A stretch of DNA of 64,000 nucleotides from Klebsormidium nitens (Eukaryota; Plantae; Klebsormidiophyceae): contig DF236961.1 of assembly GCA_000708835.1 (NCBI GenBank), positions 378,332-442,331 of the forward strand, given 5' to 3'. Shown here piece after piece: positions 37,021 to 49,760 of the stretch. The notes below the pieces were generated by a model. It was given only the letters and a program-made list of their open reading frames with translations, was not told the origin of the DNA and made no database searches. Every line of letters starts with the position of its first letter. The stretch's first letter is position 1. The position numbers were made by a program, and so were the translations under genes.

Positions 37021-39816
37021 CTACTCGTCGTCTTTGTAAGGAAGCTCTTCGGGCACCGTCTCTATTAGCCTCATTCGAATCTCATATACGTCGTCCCCTT
37101 TCAGCATATCCTTGACGATCCTCACCTCTGTTCGCATTGAGATCTGCAGAAAAACAAACCACCTTGCATTCTCAAGAATCAAGGACCTCTTAGGAGAAAT
37201 CCTCTGACCAATGATGCGGAACGAAACCACATCGACCGAGAAGCTGAGAGGGCTGAATAATCTCAATTCAACTCTCGGGGCCAATACTTTTTGTGGTCCT
37301 TGCAACGATACGGTTGACATGCTCGACCAGAAAAGAGGGAACCCTTATCTGCGGACTTCTGGAAACACCAAATGCAAGTAACGTAGGCCAACAGACGAGT
37401 CAGGCCAAAGGCGAACGTTGGAAAACATCCAGCTCGTAGCCTTTTCGCAGGTGAGACAGTCGAAAAGAAAGTTGGCGCTTCACAAACCCTCCGGAGAGAC
37501 GCCGTCGTATAGAGGCCGGAAAGACGCCGTCGTATAGAGTCCGGAAAGACGCCGTTGTATAGAGTATTGACGGAACACGGGAAACAGCTTCAACACAGAG
37601 ATCGGCGACCTGAGCGCACCACAAAGCGAAACAGACATGTAATCTTTCTGATCGTGAAGTGTTGAGGGCTTACCATTTCCAACGCCCCCCTTAAGACCCC
37701 GCACAGTATGCTGCAGTACGAGAGGCCTTGGCAGGTGTCGGGCAGCTCGACGAAGTCGACCAGCGGATTGTCGTCCATCAGAAGGCTGCACTCCTTCCCG
37801 TCTGGGCTCCAGTTGGCGACCGTGGGAGAGACTCCGAGAAACATCTTGAACCCGACCTGCGAAGAGCAGAATGTTCAACGGTCAACACCCATTGTGGACA
37901 GAGAGTTTATCCTTGTCTTAGAGTCTCTTTTGTCTCTTTCAGTTGACCGCGACCACGAAGTATGTGGCTGAGGCAAGGAAGAGGGAGGCCTTAATCTTCA
38001 CCGGCGAACGAAGGTCGGCCTTGGTATGTGGACTAACCGTTGGAAATTGATGAATACCTCCTATATCGGAGGGAATTGTCAGTGATTCCTCCACAAGACC
38101 TTTTAGCGGACATTTCCCTTTCTTTTTGTCTTAAAACACTTTCCCTCTCGCAATGAAAGTGGCCGAATCTGTCAACTCGGTGAGCAACGAAATTTGGGAA
38201 ATGAGGATGAGCAGTACAGCCGTTGGTCCATCTGTAAGGGACTTCGACTTTCATTTTTCAGAAGAGTATCTTTTCCTGATGCTGATTCTTGCCAGGATTG
38301 GCTTGACGAATTCTCCTAGATACCTGGAATATGCAACTTCTGTTCGTCACAGATTGACCAATCCACCAATCTGACGTGTTGACACATAGGGGTCAGCGGC
38401 TCTTAAAAAGACTCTGACAAGATTCTAAGAGAGCTTGTTTCGAGTCTACCGATTCAGGGCCCGCCCGCTGGCCCGTTGACAGGTCGCTCATTTTCATAGG
38501 CACCAGTCCTGGAAACTATAATTCAGACAAACGGCAAGTAGTCTCCAAAGGAAATTCGAGCCAGGCTTTGAACTGAGGCCGGATTCAAAAAGGTCATACA
38601 TCCATCGTGCAGTTCGCCAACTTACCCTTTAGCTATGATTGATGCTCGATTTGACTAGCAACACTCACAATTGCAAATCAAGTTGGTGCCTCTGCTAAAC
38701 ATTCATAAGTCATTTGGTTGACAATCTTGGTCAGAGCTCACCTTAGCAATGACATCAGCTGTTTCCCTGAAGTCGGCGCACTTCGCAGAGTTTGATTTGG
38801 CGAGGAACTCATCAATCAATCGGATGCCAATATTGTAGCCCCTGCAGACAACCAGAAAATTCCGTCTTCAGTTTGTACAATTATATGACTTAGTCTTTAT
38901 CAAATATGGCCAGGTCCACGAGAGTAAGCAGCAAATGTCAAGATAATATGTAATGGGTGGAAAGAAGGGACGAGTCGCTTCCACGGTCACCTCTGGGTTT
39001 GCGGTCGATCATACAGTTCAGAAGATCTCCCTCTGTGGGATTCAAGTAACCAGATTGCTTGACCAAACTTAAATCAAGTCTTCGGGCACAGCTTGATAGT
39101 AGGTCAACAGGCAAAAATAATCATAATCGAGGCCAGCCGAAAAAACTTTGATATGAGTTGGCGCTGTCCTTCTTCACCGGTTTTCGAATGGTGATGAGAG
39201 TCGGGCAAAGACTATGATTAAAACTAAGCTGTCTGAGTGAAGCCCAAGTCCCAAGCCCAAGTCCTTTGAAAATTATCCAGGGGGCTCAGACAAAACTTCC
39301 ACAGCTCTAAGCCCCGACCACTCAGGGCTGCCGACAAATTTCATGGAGCAGGGACCACTCTATGAACTCTTACATGCTGTCTAGCTGCTTGTTGACATCA
39401 TCCACATCCTCGTGGTCTGTCAGCAGCTGCCGTACAACTGCCCCATATGTGAGAGTGAAGAGCTCCGCATTCTGCAAACGAAGATTCTGGCTGATCAATC
39501 AATGTTAAAAAACTTTGATGAGCAGACATTCTTGTAAGGGATGACACATGGGCAAACAAGAAGCGAAGAATGAAAGAAGAGATTTATGGCAAGCTATGGT
39601 ATCTGATGAGTTTCAGGAAGAAGATCACAACATGTAAAGTGTTGTACTCCTCTAACATCACAGGTCCCAACTTAGTTGTGGTAGCCAAAACTAAGTTGAG
39701 CCAGCCAATGCAGACGGTGCATTCGGTTGAGCACTGCTCGTAGTTTTCGCTGGCGGACTCACCACCTTCTCCACGTTTGCAAACGCCGCATCCCCAGGCC
39801 TGAGAGCTGCTTTCAT
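37021..39816 (-). CDS. BET3: TRAPP complex subunit 3 (BET3/TRAPPC3), 185 aa
   Basis: Exons 39816-39763, 39471-39374, 38841-38742, 37856-37674, 37143-37021 total 558 nt. Motifs NAELFTLTYGAVVRQLL, MGYNIGIRLIDEFLAK, VGFKMFLG, DNPLVDFVELP, LRGALEM and the C-terminal PYKDDE. Confidence 0.95.
37495..37570. repeat. 25-bp tandem repeat x3 in a BET3 intron
   Basis: CCGGAAAGACGCCGTCGTATAGAGT-type unit repeated three times with minor variation. Confidence 0.75.
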
Positions 39817-40559
39817 TGTTGCGGGCTTTCCTGAAGCCTAGTTTTTCCCAACACCAGCTGCACCGCACAGAAGCTCCTACATATTCTGTCAGCAGGTGGC
39901 TGCCAATTCTAGTCACTGGCTTTCATCGATTGAGCGCCCCTGCTTCGCGAAGGTCTGATGGGCTTGCAGCCAACGGAAGAATCACAATTGCTCCTCCCTG
40001 TGTCCCCTGATCATGCTCTCGTCACTTTTCACTGTTCCGCCTGGAGAGCTGAGCCAGACCCATGGACATGGAACTTTGGAAGTGTTGGCACTCTTGCAGC
40101 CTGCTCCAGCCTCTCGAGTCTTGCCCCTCTGCAATGGCAACCAATTCTGATCTTAGAAATTTTAACCAATCTGGTCAAAATTGCCATGCGACGGGCGACG
40201 TTTGACATCGACGTCGAAGACTAGAACCTTATTTGGACTGCTTGTACTGCAAACTACCATCCGGAGTGACTTTTCGATGAAAGGGCGGAACGTTACAGTT
40301 TGTCTCATGAGCCACCAGAATTTGGGCAGATTGGCTAATATATTACATATCTTCGGTTTCAACAAAGAGAGAAAGCGAGCTGGCTGCAGTAAAGAAACGG
40401 AGGAGAAAGGATACTTCATTTGCTAGGGCGCCATTGCAGTTCCCTTCAGGCTGCATCTACCCCTCAACCGGAGCGCCCGCTTCTGAGCGAGCTTGAGGAG
40501 AGTCCCTTGCCCAGGATCTTTCTTTCCAAGCCCCCAGCGCTTCAAAGACAGGCCCGTTT
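39817..40559. promoter_or_regulatory. Head-to-head (probably bidirectional) promoter/5' UTR region between BET3 and BZW
   Basis: The start codons of BET3 (-, 39816) and BZW (+, 40560) are 743 bp apart and divergent. No specific motif is called. Confidence 0.4.
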
Positions 40560-43500
40560 ATGAGGTGAGCGCTCTATGCCCTTCCTTGCGTTCGGTGCCA
40601 GAGAGGGCTAATTGACATTGTCAGGCATTGATGTCGAGGTCATAAGATGTCTCGCCGTTATGATGTTCTAGGCTGAACTGCATCCAATAAAAAGACGTGA
40701 TCATTTGTCTCTCTCCATTGCGCTTTGGAGCATTCTTAAGGCACTCCCTCCATCCAGACCTTTGATGCTCCTCTATCCCTGCATGCAGCTCGAAGGAGAG
40801 ACCCACGCTTGGGTAAGTGCTCAGTCTCTGACCTTGTATGTGCATTTCCCATCTTTTAGGCCTTACCATAGATATGTTGTAGCTAGTTGTCTAGAATGCA
40901 GTCACGTTGTTGAATGGCAACAAGCCTGTTCTTAATAGCAAAGATACTCAAAACAGTAAGTGCGCATTTAGTACTCTGCTTCTTTTGACGACCACTCTTG
41001 CTTGACTCGGCTCTTGCAGTGGCGCGCGGATCAAGACCCGCAAGCGGAACATCGCAGTTCCGAATGACCCCTCTGGGTTTGCGGACAATGTCATTCAGTT
41101 CTTTAGGGACAAGGACGGTGACTTGGTGAGTTTGCGGGACGGCTGCTCATTTTGTGGACCCATGGTTTTGAGTGGACATTGTTGTTGATTGCAAGCATGG
41201 GCGACTCGCAGAATGTGGGTTCTAGGGTTTTGCAATGACCGCAGGACCGCTTGGATAGGTAGTTCTGTCATTATTCGCAGAGGGGATGCTCCCCTCCAGC
41301 TTACGTCCCACAAACCCTAGAATTGCGTTGTGTCGCAAGTGCATTGTCCTGAGTTCCTCTCTTGCTCGCCTCCATCTATTAAAAATGCAGACAGATTCAG
41401 ATAATTTGCTGCAGCAATCCGCTCAACAATCCAATTCCCGCCGCTGAATGCCATGTCTCCTGCAGGACGCTATCTCGAAGGTGATTGGAGAGGTCGACGA
41501 CCTTGATTTTTCAAGGTATGGGGACACCTTGTTTGAGGTGATCTTCACGGGGCATGCGCTGCAGCCGGGGAGTGTGGTGCCGCTTGAAGATGCAAGTGAC
41601 CAGCCCTGGAATGTGCTAGCGTGCGGTGAGATTCAAGCATCCGAGACCCTTTCATTTCAGTTTAGTGTTGGTTCATCGTTGGGTTTGGGGGACTCGTGGA
41701 ATTGGATGGTGTTCCAAATCTAGTCTATTGATCTTTTGTGTTATTTATCCAAAAAGTCCTGATTCTTCACTTTCAAGTGGTGTTGCTGTATCCAGAGGTC
41801 ATAGCCATTCCCAAATACCGCTCTACTGGCTCGGTGCAAACCCTTTAAAAGTTGCAGGTAGTAACATCACCAGGTGAGGTGTGCAGCATATCTTTGTCAG
41901 AAGAAGATTGTGAAGTCCTTCCTTTCATTTCCAGAAAGAGAGCACCTCAGCCGGTTTTTACTTTTGGCTTCTCAGCTGGTGGTTGGTGGTCACATAAAGT
42001 ATGAGCAGCTACGGTCTGCGGCCCCTTGGAGTGACCATTACCATCTGTCCTTGAGTGGGTGTGGTTATCACATGGTCAAGGAGCCTGAGTGAGATTTGGA
42101 AGTTGTGGCTTGTACTTCTTCCAGACAGATCGCTGGTTGCTGAAGTAAAGTCAAGTTGGGAAGTTTATCGTAGTAGGACCTCACCTCCATGCTAGCAGAA
42201 TTGCTATGCTTATCTCTCCTCTCTGCCAATATGTTTCCTCATGTTTCAGGCACCAAAATGGTCCCAGGATCGTGTTCATGGGACTCACCTAGTAGCACCC
42301 TTTTCTTCTCAAGCCAGATGGACTGAAGATGGCGCACCCCTCTCCTCACGAGTCCGCGCATTGAGCAACGTACCCTTTCACCAAGCATGACTGAGAGTAC
42401 TGAGAGTACCTGTGAGATGCAGAGATCTTACGCCAGTTTTCCGAATTGCAGAGCCAACCAAGTCGGGCATCTTGGTGTACGTAAGCTTTGTGCAGAAGCT
42501 GATCCGGCGGCGGCCATTCCTGATCAAGAACCTGGAGAACAACCTCCAGAGGCTGCTGCAGTCGCTGGAGCACTATGGCCCGGAAGACCGCAAGAAGCTC
42601 GCCGTCTTCACGGCACTCACCTTCTCGCAGAAGCTGGGGGTGAGCACTCGTTTACACTCCCCGCCCCTCCCTTTTCAGAGAATCTTGTATGCTGACCGTT
42701 TCACACCTAATTGCGCTTCTGGGCGCTGGGGCTCAATTTCAAGCCTTTTGGCTGCAGTGTTGCTGTCAGTACCTCTTTCATGGAGAAATAGAGCAGCTGA
42801 CGCCAGAGACTATCTTCGAGGGCCTTGAGAAAGGTTATCGAAGAAGTGCTGGTAACAAGCTGGTGCCAGTACAGTTGTATACATGCTGAACTTCTCCCTG
42901 TCTGCCGGTGTCGATCTGAGGGCCTTGAACAGGTTTTGAAAGATTGTTGGAATCAAGCTGGTGCCAGTGCCAACTTTATGAATGATTGGACAAACGCAGC
43001 CACTTTCAAACTTGGTTTACTAGTCTTATCTCTTCTAAGCAAGTCGCTCCCCCGTTGTTTGCAGCTGCCTCCAGAGACCATCTTCGAGGGCCTGCTCAAG
43101 GATGCCATCGTGCAGAAGGGGACCGTGCTGTCCTTCCTCACCGAGTTCTGCAAGGAGTACCTGGCGGACAACAAGTTTGAGGAGCTGGTCAGCCTGCTCA
43201 AGCGGGCCAAGGTGAGCGCGTGCAGAGATTCACGTTCCTTTCTTTCTTGATTACAGAACATTGTTTGTGGAGCAGAATCAAGTGTAAAGGAAAAAGATCA
43301 GGTAAGAGGAGCTGATTTGAAAGCAAGTTCAGTTTGGAGAGACTGGCTTATGAGATATGGTCAGCAGCCTGCTCGGTTGTGACAAGGTGAGCGCTGCGCG
43401 AAGGACCAGATTGCTCCTTTTCCATGTGGGAAAGTTGGAAGTTTCTGAGGATGTAGCAAGGGACCGTTTGAGAAGGAGAAAGAAGAAAGCGCTTTAGTAG

Positions 43501-46500
43501 TTGGTCAGCAGGCCAAGATGAACGTTTGCGCAGAGGGTCAGCAAGGCAACTTGTTTGCGGGCAAGTCAGAATTTTGGGACGCCGAGTTTGACCTACTGGG
43601 AAGGAGTTGAATGTCGAAATGCATGATTGTGGTGAGCTTTGGAGGGTCTGCCTTTCCTTTGGATTAGCCCGTTCCTTTCGAAGCTTCTACGTGGAAGTGT
43701 TCACGAACTCATAAATGGCAGTCGGCCCAGTCTTCACCCTCCGTAAATTATTCTGGTCGCTGTCTTCTGCATACCAGTTGCATATGATGCAAGTTCCGGC
43801 AGAAATCTGCAACGGGCCAGCGGTTCCGTCAGGTGCCATTTGATTCATCGAGCCTTCCTTGACAATCAGGATAGTTGAACAAAGTCGACGAGACTTAGAA
43901 GGGGATGTCGGAGGGAATCGCGGACGGGCGTATGTGTGAGGTTTTGGACGAAGTTCAGGTGTCCTGAAAGAGTCTCTCTCTCATTCCGTCTCACAGGTGG
44001 ACGACCGGTTGCTGGAGTTCTTCCCCATGCAGAAGCGGACTGTGGAAGCGTTCAACGACCACTTCCACAAGGCCGGCCTGGTAAGCAGGACCGGCTTGTA
44101 GAAATCACTTCATGTTAAATTGCATCGGATTGTAGGCTCTGAAGTTCACCTCCGATCCCGTCCTACTCACTGTCTGCTTCAATCACTCTCAATTCACTGA
44201 AGAGTTTTTGGTTCTATCACCCTCACTTTGCTGAAGTGGTTCTGCTTCCATCACTTTCGCTATCCTGATGTTTTCCGGAAAAGCGATGCCCTGCTTCTTG
44301 CAAACGGTGATGTCTGCGGGCAAATGCATTGTTACTTAATATGTTTGAGACCCATCATCTTAGAGACAACCAAGAGTAACGAGGTACGTTCGAAACGGAC
44401 TGGTTTTGGGTATCCAAACAAAGAGCCGTGTTTGCTGCTTCAGGACGTCCTGGTCGAGTACAACAACAAGAAGGTGTTTGACATCAAGCTGAGGGAGCTC
44501 AAGGCCACCGTGACGACAATGATCAGGTTCGCGCCCTTCGTACCACCGGTTCAGTCGCTTCGCATTTCCGCTGATTGTCTTAGAGATTGTCCACTCGCTG
44601 ACTGAGAGTTTCGTGGTCCGTGCCATAGTCTGTTCTGCTTGACGAACTTTGTTGGTCCGCGACGTGAACGTGATGGTTGTGACCGTTTCGCTTCAGGTCA
44701 CCATTTGACCTGAGCCCCCAAACACACGTCTGCGACTGTCTGTGATGCTTGACAGAGCTTTGGCTCCTTGACATGTTCTCTGCTGAAGGATGGGTTTTGA
44801 TGGCCTTCACAAGCTGCTGAAACGGCCCTCGTTGGGATAAGAAAAGAATGTCGGATGTCTGCTGACGTTATCCTGACGCGCTCGTGTGGCAAGGCGGTTC
44901 CCGATGATGACGTAGTTGCATCTGCGGAGAGCTCGCAAATTTTTTGGGAACAGACAGCATTTGTCTGAGGCACGATGTCTGAAAATCTTCTGACGTCATG
45001 CTGACGCTTTTCTGCAGCGAGGAGGCCCCCGTGGACGACGTCATTGCGTTTGCCAAGAAGGAGAAGAAGGACTCGAGCCTGCCCGAGGTGGACGTGCTGC
45101 TGGACCTGTGGGACGCCATGATGGACGCCGTGCAGTGGAGCGGCAAGAACCAGCAGCAAAACACCAACCTCGCGCTCCGCCAGGTAGGTTCGGGTTTTAT
45201 GTCTTATTTTGTACCTTTCGGATGCGTTCCTCTCGTATTCCTTCTTTTTTGCTCCGTTGGTGCTCTGCTGAGAGTTTCTCTTGAACTAAAAACCGGCAGC
45301 AAAAAGCGAACCTGACAGCGAACCTGACGCTTCGCCAGGCATTACTGGGTCGATGTGCTGCTTTGCTATGCGAGTCTCGTTCTTGATTTTGCCCTTAAAC
45401 GCTTTGGCGGTTCTGCTAGATGTCTCGTGCTTTTATCCGCATTTTTCACGGCTCCCTATGAGGGGCGTACATACTTTGAAAAGCCCCTCGAGAGAGAGGA
45501 TGAGTTGCGCGTTCTTTGCGTTTGATTCTTGCTTCAATGAGGAGACCGTCAGCAACGTCAGGTAGGGTCCCTTTTTGCACGTTCCCCTCTGGTTTTCGAA
45601 TGACCTTCCCCGTTGGTGCAACCTGGGTATTCGTGGGGTACGATTGGTCTGTTTCCACAGATGGCCGTTTCAGTTTCACGCTGTTCCCGTCGGTGTGTCA
45701 GATGAGTCAAGAATCTTAAGAAGAATACCAACCTTGCGTTGCGGCAGGCGGCGTCGCTCTTCCTTTGGTTTTCAACTTGCTTGGGACTCGAGAAAGTCGC
45801 TTTCACGTCAGATTTGTCTTCTTACTCGCTTGTCATCCCGGGTCCATCCTTTCCCATGCTAGGAGAAGGGATGGGGCCAAGCTCCTGTGTGCTTTCTCCA
45901 CCCCCTTGCTGGACGTCGATCTGACGCCTTGGCCCTCTCTACTTGTCACGAGTTTCCCCTCACCCCTTGTTCGTTTGTTGCCGCGCCAGGTGAGGGGTGG
46001 GACAAGCTCCTGGGTGCTTCGTCCACCGCTCACATCATATTCTCCCTCTGCTTGTCATGGGCTTATCCTCATCCCCTTTCTGATCGTTGCTGTGCCAGGT
46101 GAAGGGACGGGGCAAGCTCCTGGGCGCTTTCTCCACCACGAGCAAGGCGGAGTTTGCGCTCATCTACAAGGTCCAGGCCTGCTGCTACGAGGACGCCAAG
46201 CTCATGAAGCTCTTTGCCGAGGTGGGGCGGTTCACCTTATCCGGAGGAGATGTTTTTGTTTTTCCCTTCTCGTGATTGGTTCTGTCGTAGAGACGGATTT
46301 ACGATGCTGTGACGCGCCAAGCTCATGAAGCTCTTCGCCGAGGTGGCTGCGGCTCACCTTGTTCTCAGGACGCCTGTAGCCTTCTTTAGTTTCCGTTTTC
46401 TAATTTGTTCTGTTCCAACGATGAGTCACGCTGCTATGAGGACGCCAAGCTCACGAAGCTCTTCGCTGAAGCGGGGCTGCTCACGTAGAATCTCAAAAAA

Positions 46501-47110
46501 CGCGTTTTCCTTTTCTCAAGTCAAGCTGATCAATAGAGGGACCATGGTGCCGTTAGGCAAACCAAGCTTAGGAGCTTATCCCCGAAATAGGCTGCTCACC
46601 TACGCTTTCAGCCCTTTCGGAGGGAGGTACTGTCCATTTTTCTGCGTTTCTTCACTTTGTGGGAGAAATCATTGGGGTTCTGGGAGAAGTACTGCTGACA
46701 AGCGCTGATATCCGGTGGAGGTCGACGAGCGTTCAATAAGCAGATGTTTGGTCGTTGTCCGCTGGAGCTCATAGCTTCTGGCAGCTTCTTTTGTGTTAAA
46801 AGGCATTGTGTTGATGTCTCGGTCCTGCAAAGTTCAAAAACCATTCGCCTTTGCAATAGTGCATACTCTTGACGACCTGGGCTTCCCTACATCAAGCTTG
46901 TGGTTCACCGAGACTGTTTTTTAACTGGACCTGATTCACTTTCCTTTGCAGATTGTGCGTATCCTGTACGACTTGGACGTGCTGGGCGAGGACACCATCT
47001 TGACCTGGTATCGCAAGGGGACTAACCCCAAGGGCAGGCAGGTGTTTGTGAAGGCCCTGGAGCCGTTTGTCAAGTGGCTGGAGGAAGCCGAGGAGGAAGA
47101 CGACGAGTAA
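40560..47110 (+). CDS. BZW: BZW / eIF5-mimic protein (5MP; MA3-like plus W2 domain), full-length copy
   Basis: Eleven phase-compatible exons: 40560-40564, 40789-40812, 41020-41125, 41466-41625, 42452-42639, 43065-43211, 43997-44080, 44444-44526, 45018-45183, 46099-46221, 46952-47110. N-terminus MSSKERPTLGGARIKTRKRNIA and C-terminal W2 AA-box FVKWLEEAEEEDDE are typical of plant BZW/5MP. Confidence 0.93.
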
Positions 47111-49659
47111 ATGTATCGAATTTGCCGTGACGATGCTCGATGCTGTTTTGTTTTCGACCGAAGGGGTTTTGAGCTGTATCGCTTATATTTCATGAAGTCC
47201 AAAGAGCTATATAAGGTGCAATATGAGGTGCACTGCGCTCTAACAGAAATCGGGCCGTCTGCATCTTCCAGCCACTATTATATGTTTAAGTGACACTTTC
47301 TTCGAATGCTCGGAGTTCTACTGTGCGCTAGCTTCCAGCTTGTTGGAAGGCGTTGAGCGCTATCAGCTTTCATAGGGATATCCTGACTGATATAACCCGA
47401 GCAAAGAGTGACCTTGTGCTGGCCATCGACAACCCTGAATTGTATTCGGCGGTTGGCCTGGAATGGCCGGAGGCGCACACGAATTCAGTCAGGCAATTCC
47501 GCCCGGATAATAGCGGATAGCGGATCGATGATAGCGGCCCGGCCATTCTGTCAGGTGATCTGGTATTTAGTAGTGCATGTAGTCTAGCATGATGGTTGAT
47601 CGATGGTTTCATACCTACAGTATCATGTGTTGCTATTAAAAGGGGCACTTCTTTAGCTCTAGTGATTATGTTCAGGTAGACGATACAGCACCCCGACTTG
47701 GCCTATGTACTTGATTTGCCTTTGATATTACTCGGAGAGTGTGGGCCCCTGCCAGACCCCTCCGTCTGCCCACGCAATCTGTTTTTGCCACTAGCGCTCT
47801 CAGATCATGGCGTGGGGCGAGTGGGCCCTAGCCAACCCCTCTCCACGCCCATCTCGTCTGCCTCATCTGTAAGTACATCCGCACAAATATATATGTTGTG
47901 TGTGTTGTCGGTACCTTTTCGACTCCTTCCTTGAGCTAAGATTCCCTAAGCTTTCAAGTACGGGGCATGAGGTTTTAACGGCCGGCATGATGCGCAGATC
48001 ATGTATACTGCGTGTGTGTTGCATCCTACTTGGTTTCGCTTATCTTTTTTTCTAGGTACTGTTGCGGCAACGCGAGGATATGAACAAAGCTTACTAAGGT
48101 TTTGCCATAGGAACAAGCACTATCGAGAAAGAATCATGTGATAAGCTTACGGTACTCGTTCTAAGCCTCACTGTCGGAGTCACGCTCGGTAGCTGAGTGA
48201 ATGACGTTTCTTTAGAAGTTGCAATTAAAACATCATACACACTCAATATGTATGCCATGAGAAGCCTTAGTATGGCCCATGTGGCTACCGTACGGCGTGT
48301 AGAAGAGAACATCATTAGACTTGTAGGTGAGTGCTTTAACTTAGTTAAACGAGAAAATAATTTTGTCAATGAGGGTTTAAATTACGAGTCTTTCTACTTC
48401 ATGTACGCTCTTGCATTTCTAAAGTTCGATCAGATCTGGCCGCTATACTGTTATATCGTAATCAATCAACTGGCAAATTGTCTGCCTCCGACACTAACAT
48501 CATAACTGAATGCAATTAAGTTACACAATGTGCCCAAGCTAGATGCGCGCATGAACGCGGAACTAAAGAGTAGACGAGACAATGGCCGGCGAATAGCTGC
48601 CGCGTTGGGCCATGGCGCATGTATGAGTCGAGTTTGCCAGCATTTGCGGCGCCGAGCTATAAGAGCGGTTCCACTAGCTCACTTTGCCATAGCTGCTACT
48701 GATGTATGCATTGGCATGCGGGCCATGATGCACTTCTTCGCAAATGTCGACTGCGTGCACTTCAAACGGCAATGACGGCCCGGCCATGGTACGTAAGAAG
48801 TTCTAACCAGAACAGACTTCATGTAATTAATAAGAACGTCAGGTATGCAGCCACTGCGTGTGCACTGAGTGCACCCGCAGCATGTATATGGGCGGGGCGG
48901 CCGGCTGCCGGCTGTACTGCTTCATGTGGATCCGATTCTGGTACGTGGCCCGGGCGGCAGTGACGTACGCACCTTAGTATGTCACGGTCAGCCTGAGTCG
49001 AAATCCTTTGTAAGCTTTTGAAAAGTTCGAACGGTCAGTGGCAACAAGTAGATATTTTCCAAAGCTCATAAATACATGCTAGACCGCCCTCAAAGGGCGG
49101 CGGGGGCTTAACAAGCCTCTTCGGCAGCAAACAGGAGGAAGGTAAGAAAATGGAGTTGCGTGATTCCGGTCAGGCGTAAAACTTTGCGCTAAGCAGAAAT
49201 TTTGTCTAAATACTCATACGGGCCTCCTTTTGATTGACATGACAGACAACCATGTGCACCGTTGTACAATTCTGACAATTCATGCAATGGTTGAACGCTA
49301 TGCTCTTGGCCGGATATATACATAGGCCGGCCGCATCCGGGCCTTTTGAGTTCCCGCTTTGGGCTTCAATACTTCTAGCTGCCGGACCTCGGACACATTG
49401 TAAGAGACCAGGCTTGCTTTGGACACATTATGAGCATCGCACAAGTTTTAGCTTGGAAACGAGGCCAGGCTCTTAATATCATTATGTAAACGGCCTCGCA
49501 TGCTGTGTCATACATGAAGGTAGAACTTGACCTCTTCCAAGTTAGGCAGCAGATCGCATGGCATACATAACTCGTTGACAGGCGGAGTACTCTGAAAATG
49601 GGTATGCAAGCGCAGTTTGAAGGAGCATCAAGGACCAATGGTGGGTCACAGTTGACTTT

Positions 49660-49760
49660 TCTCGTCCGATTGGTTCTTACCCTCGTCCAATTCGTTCTTA
49701 CCCTCGTCTGATTGGCGCTTACCCTCGTCCAATGGGCTCTTACCCTCGTCTGATCTCTTA
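49660..49760. repeat. 21-bp tandem repeat x4 (core CTTACCCTCGTC)
   Basis: Four copies at 21-bp spacing. On the minus strand they read GACGAGGGTAAG (DEGK heptads in the ORF 49927-49646). Confidence 0.8.

Noticed and set aside
46108-46110. CGG-to-UGG RNA editing as an explanation of the BZW Arg/Trp difference
   Set aside because: C-to-U editing of this kind is organellar in plants and this is a nuclear gene; a point mutation or base-call error is simpler.
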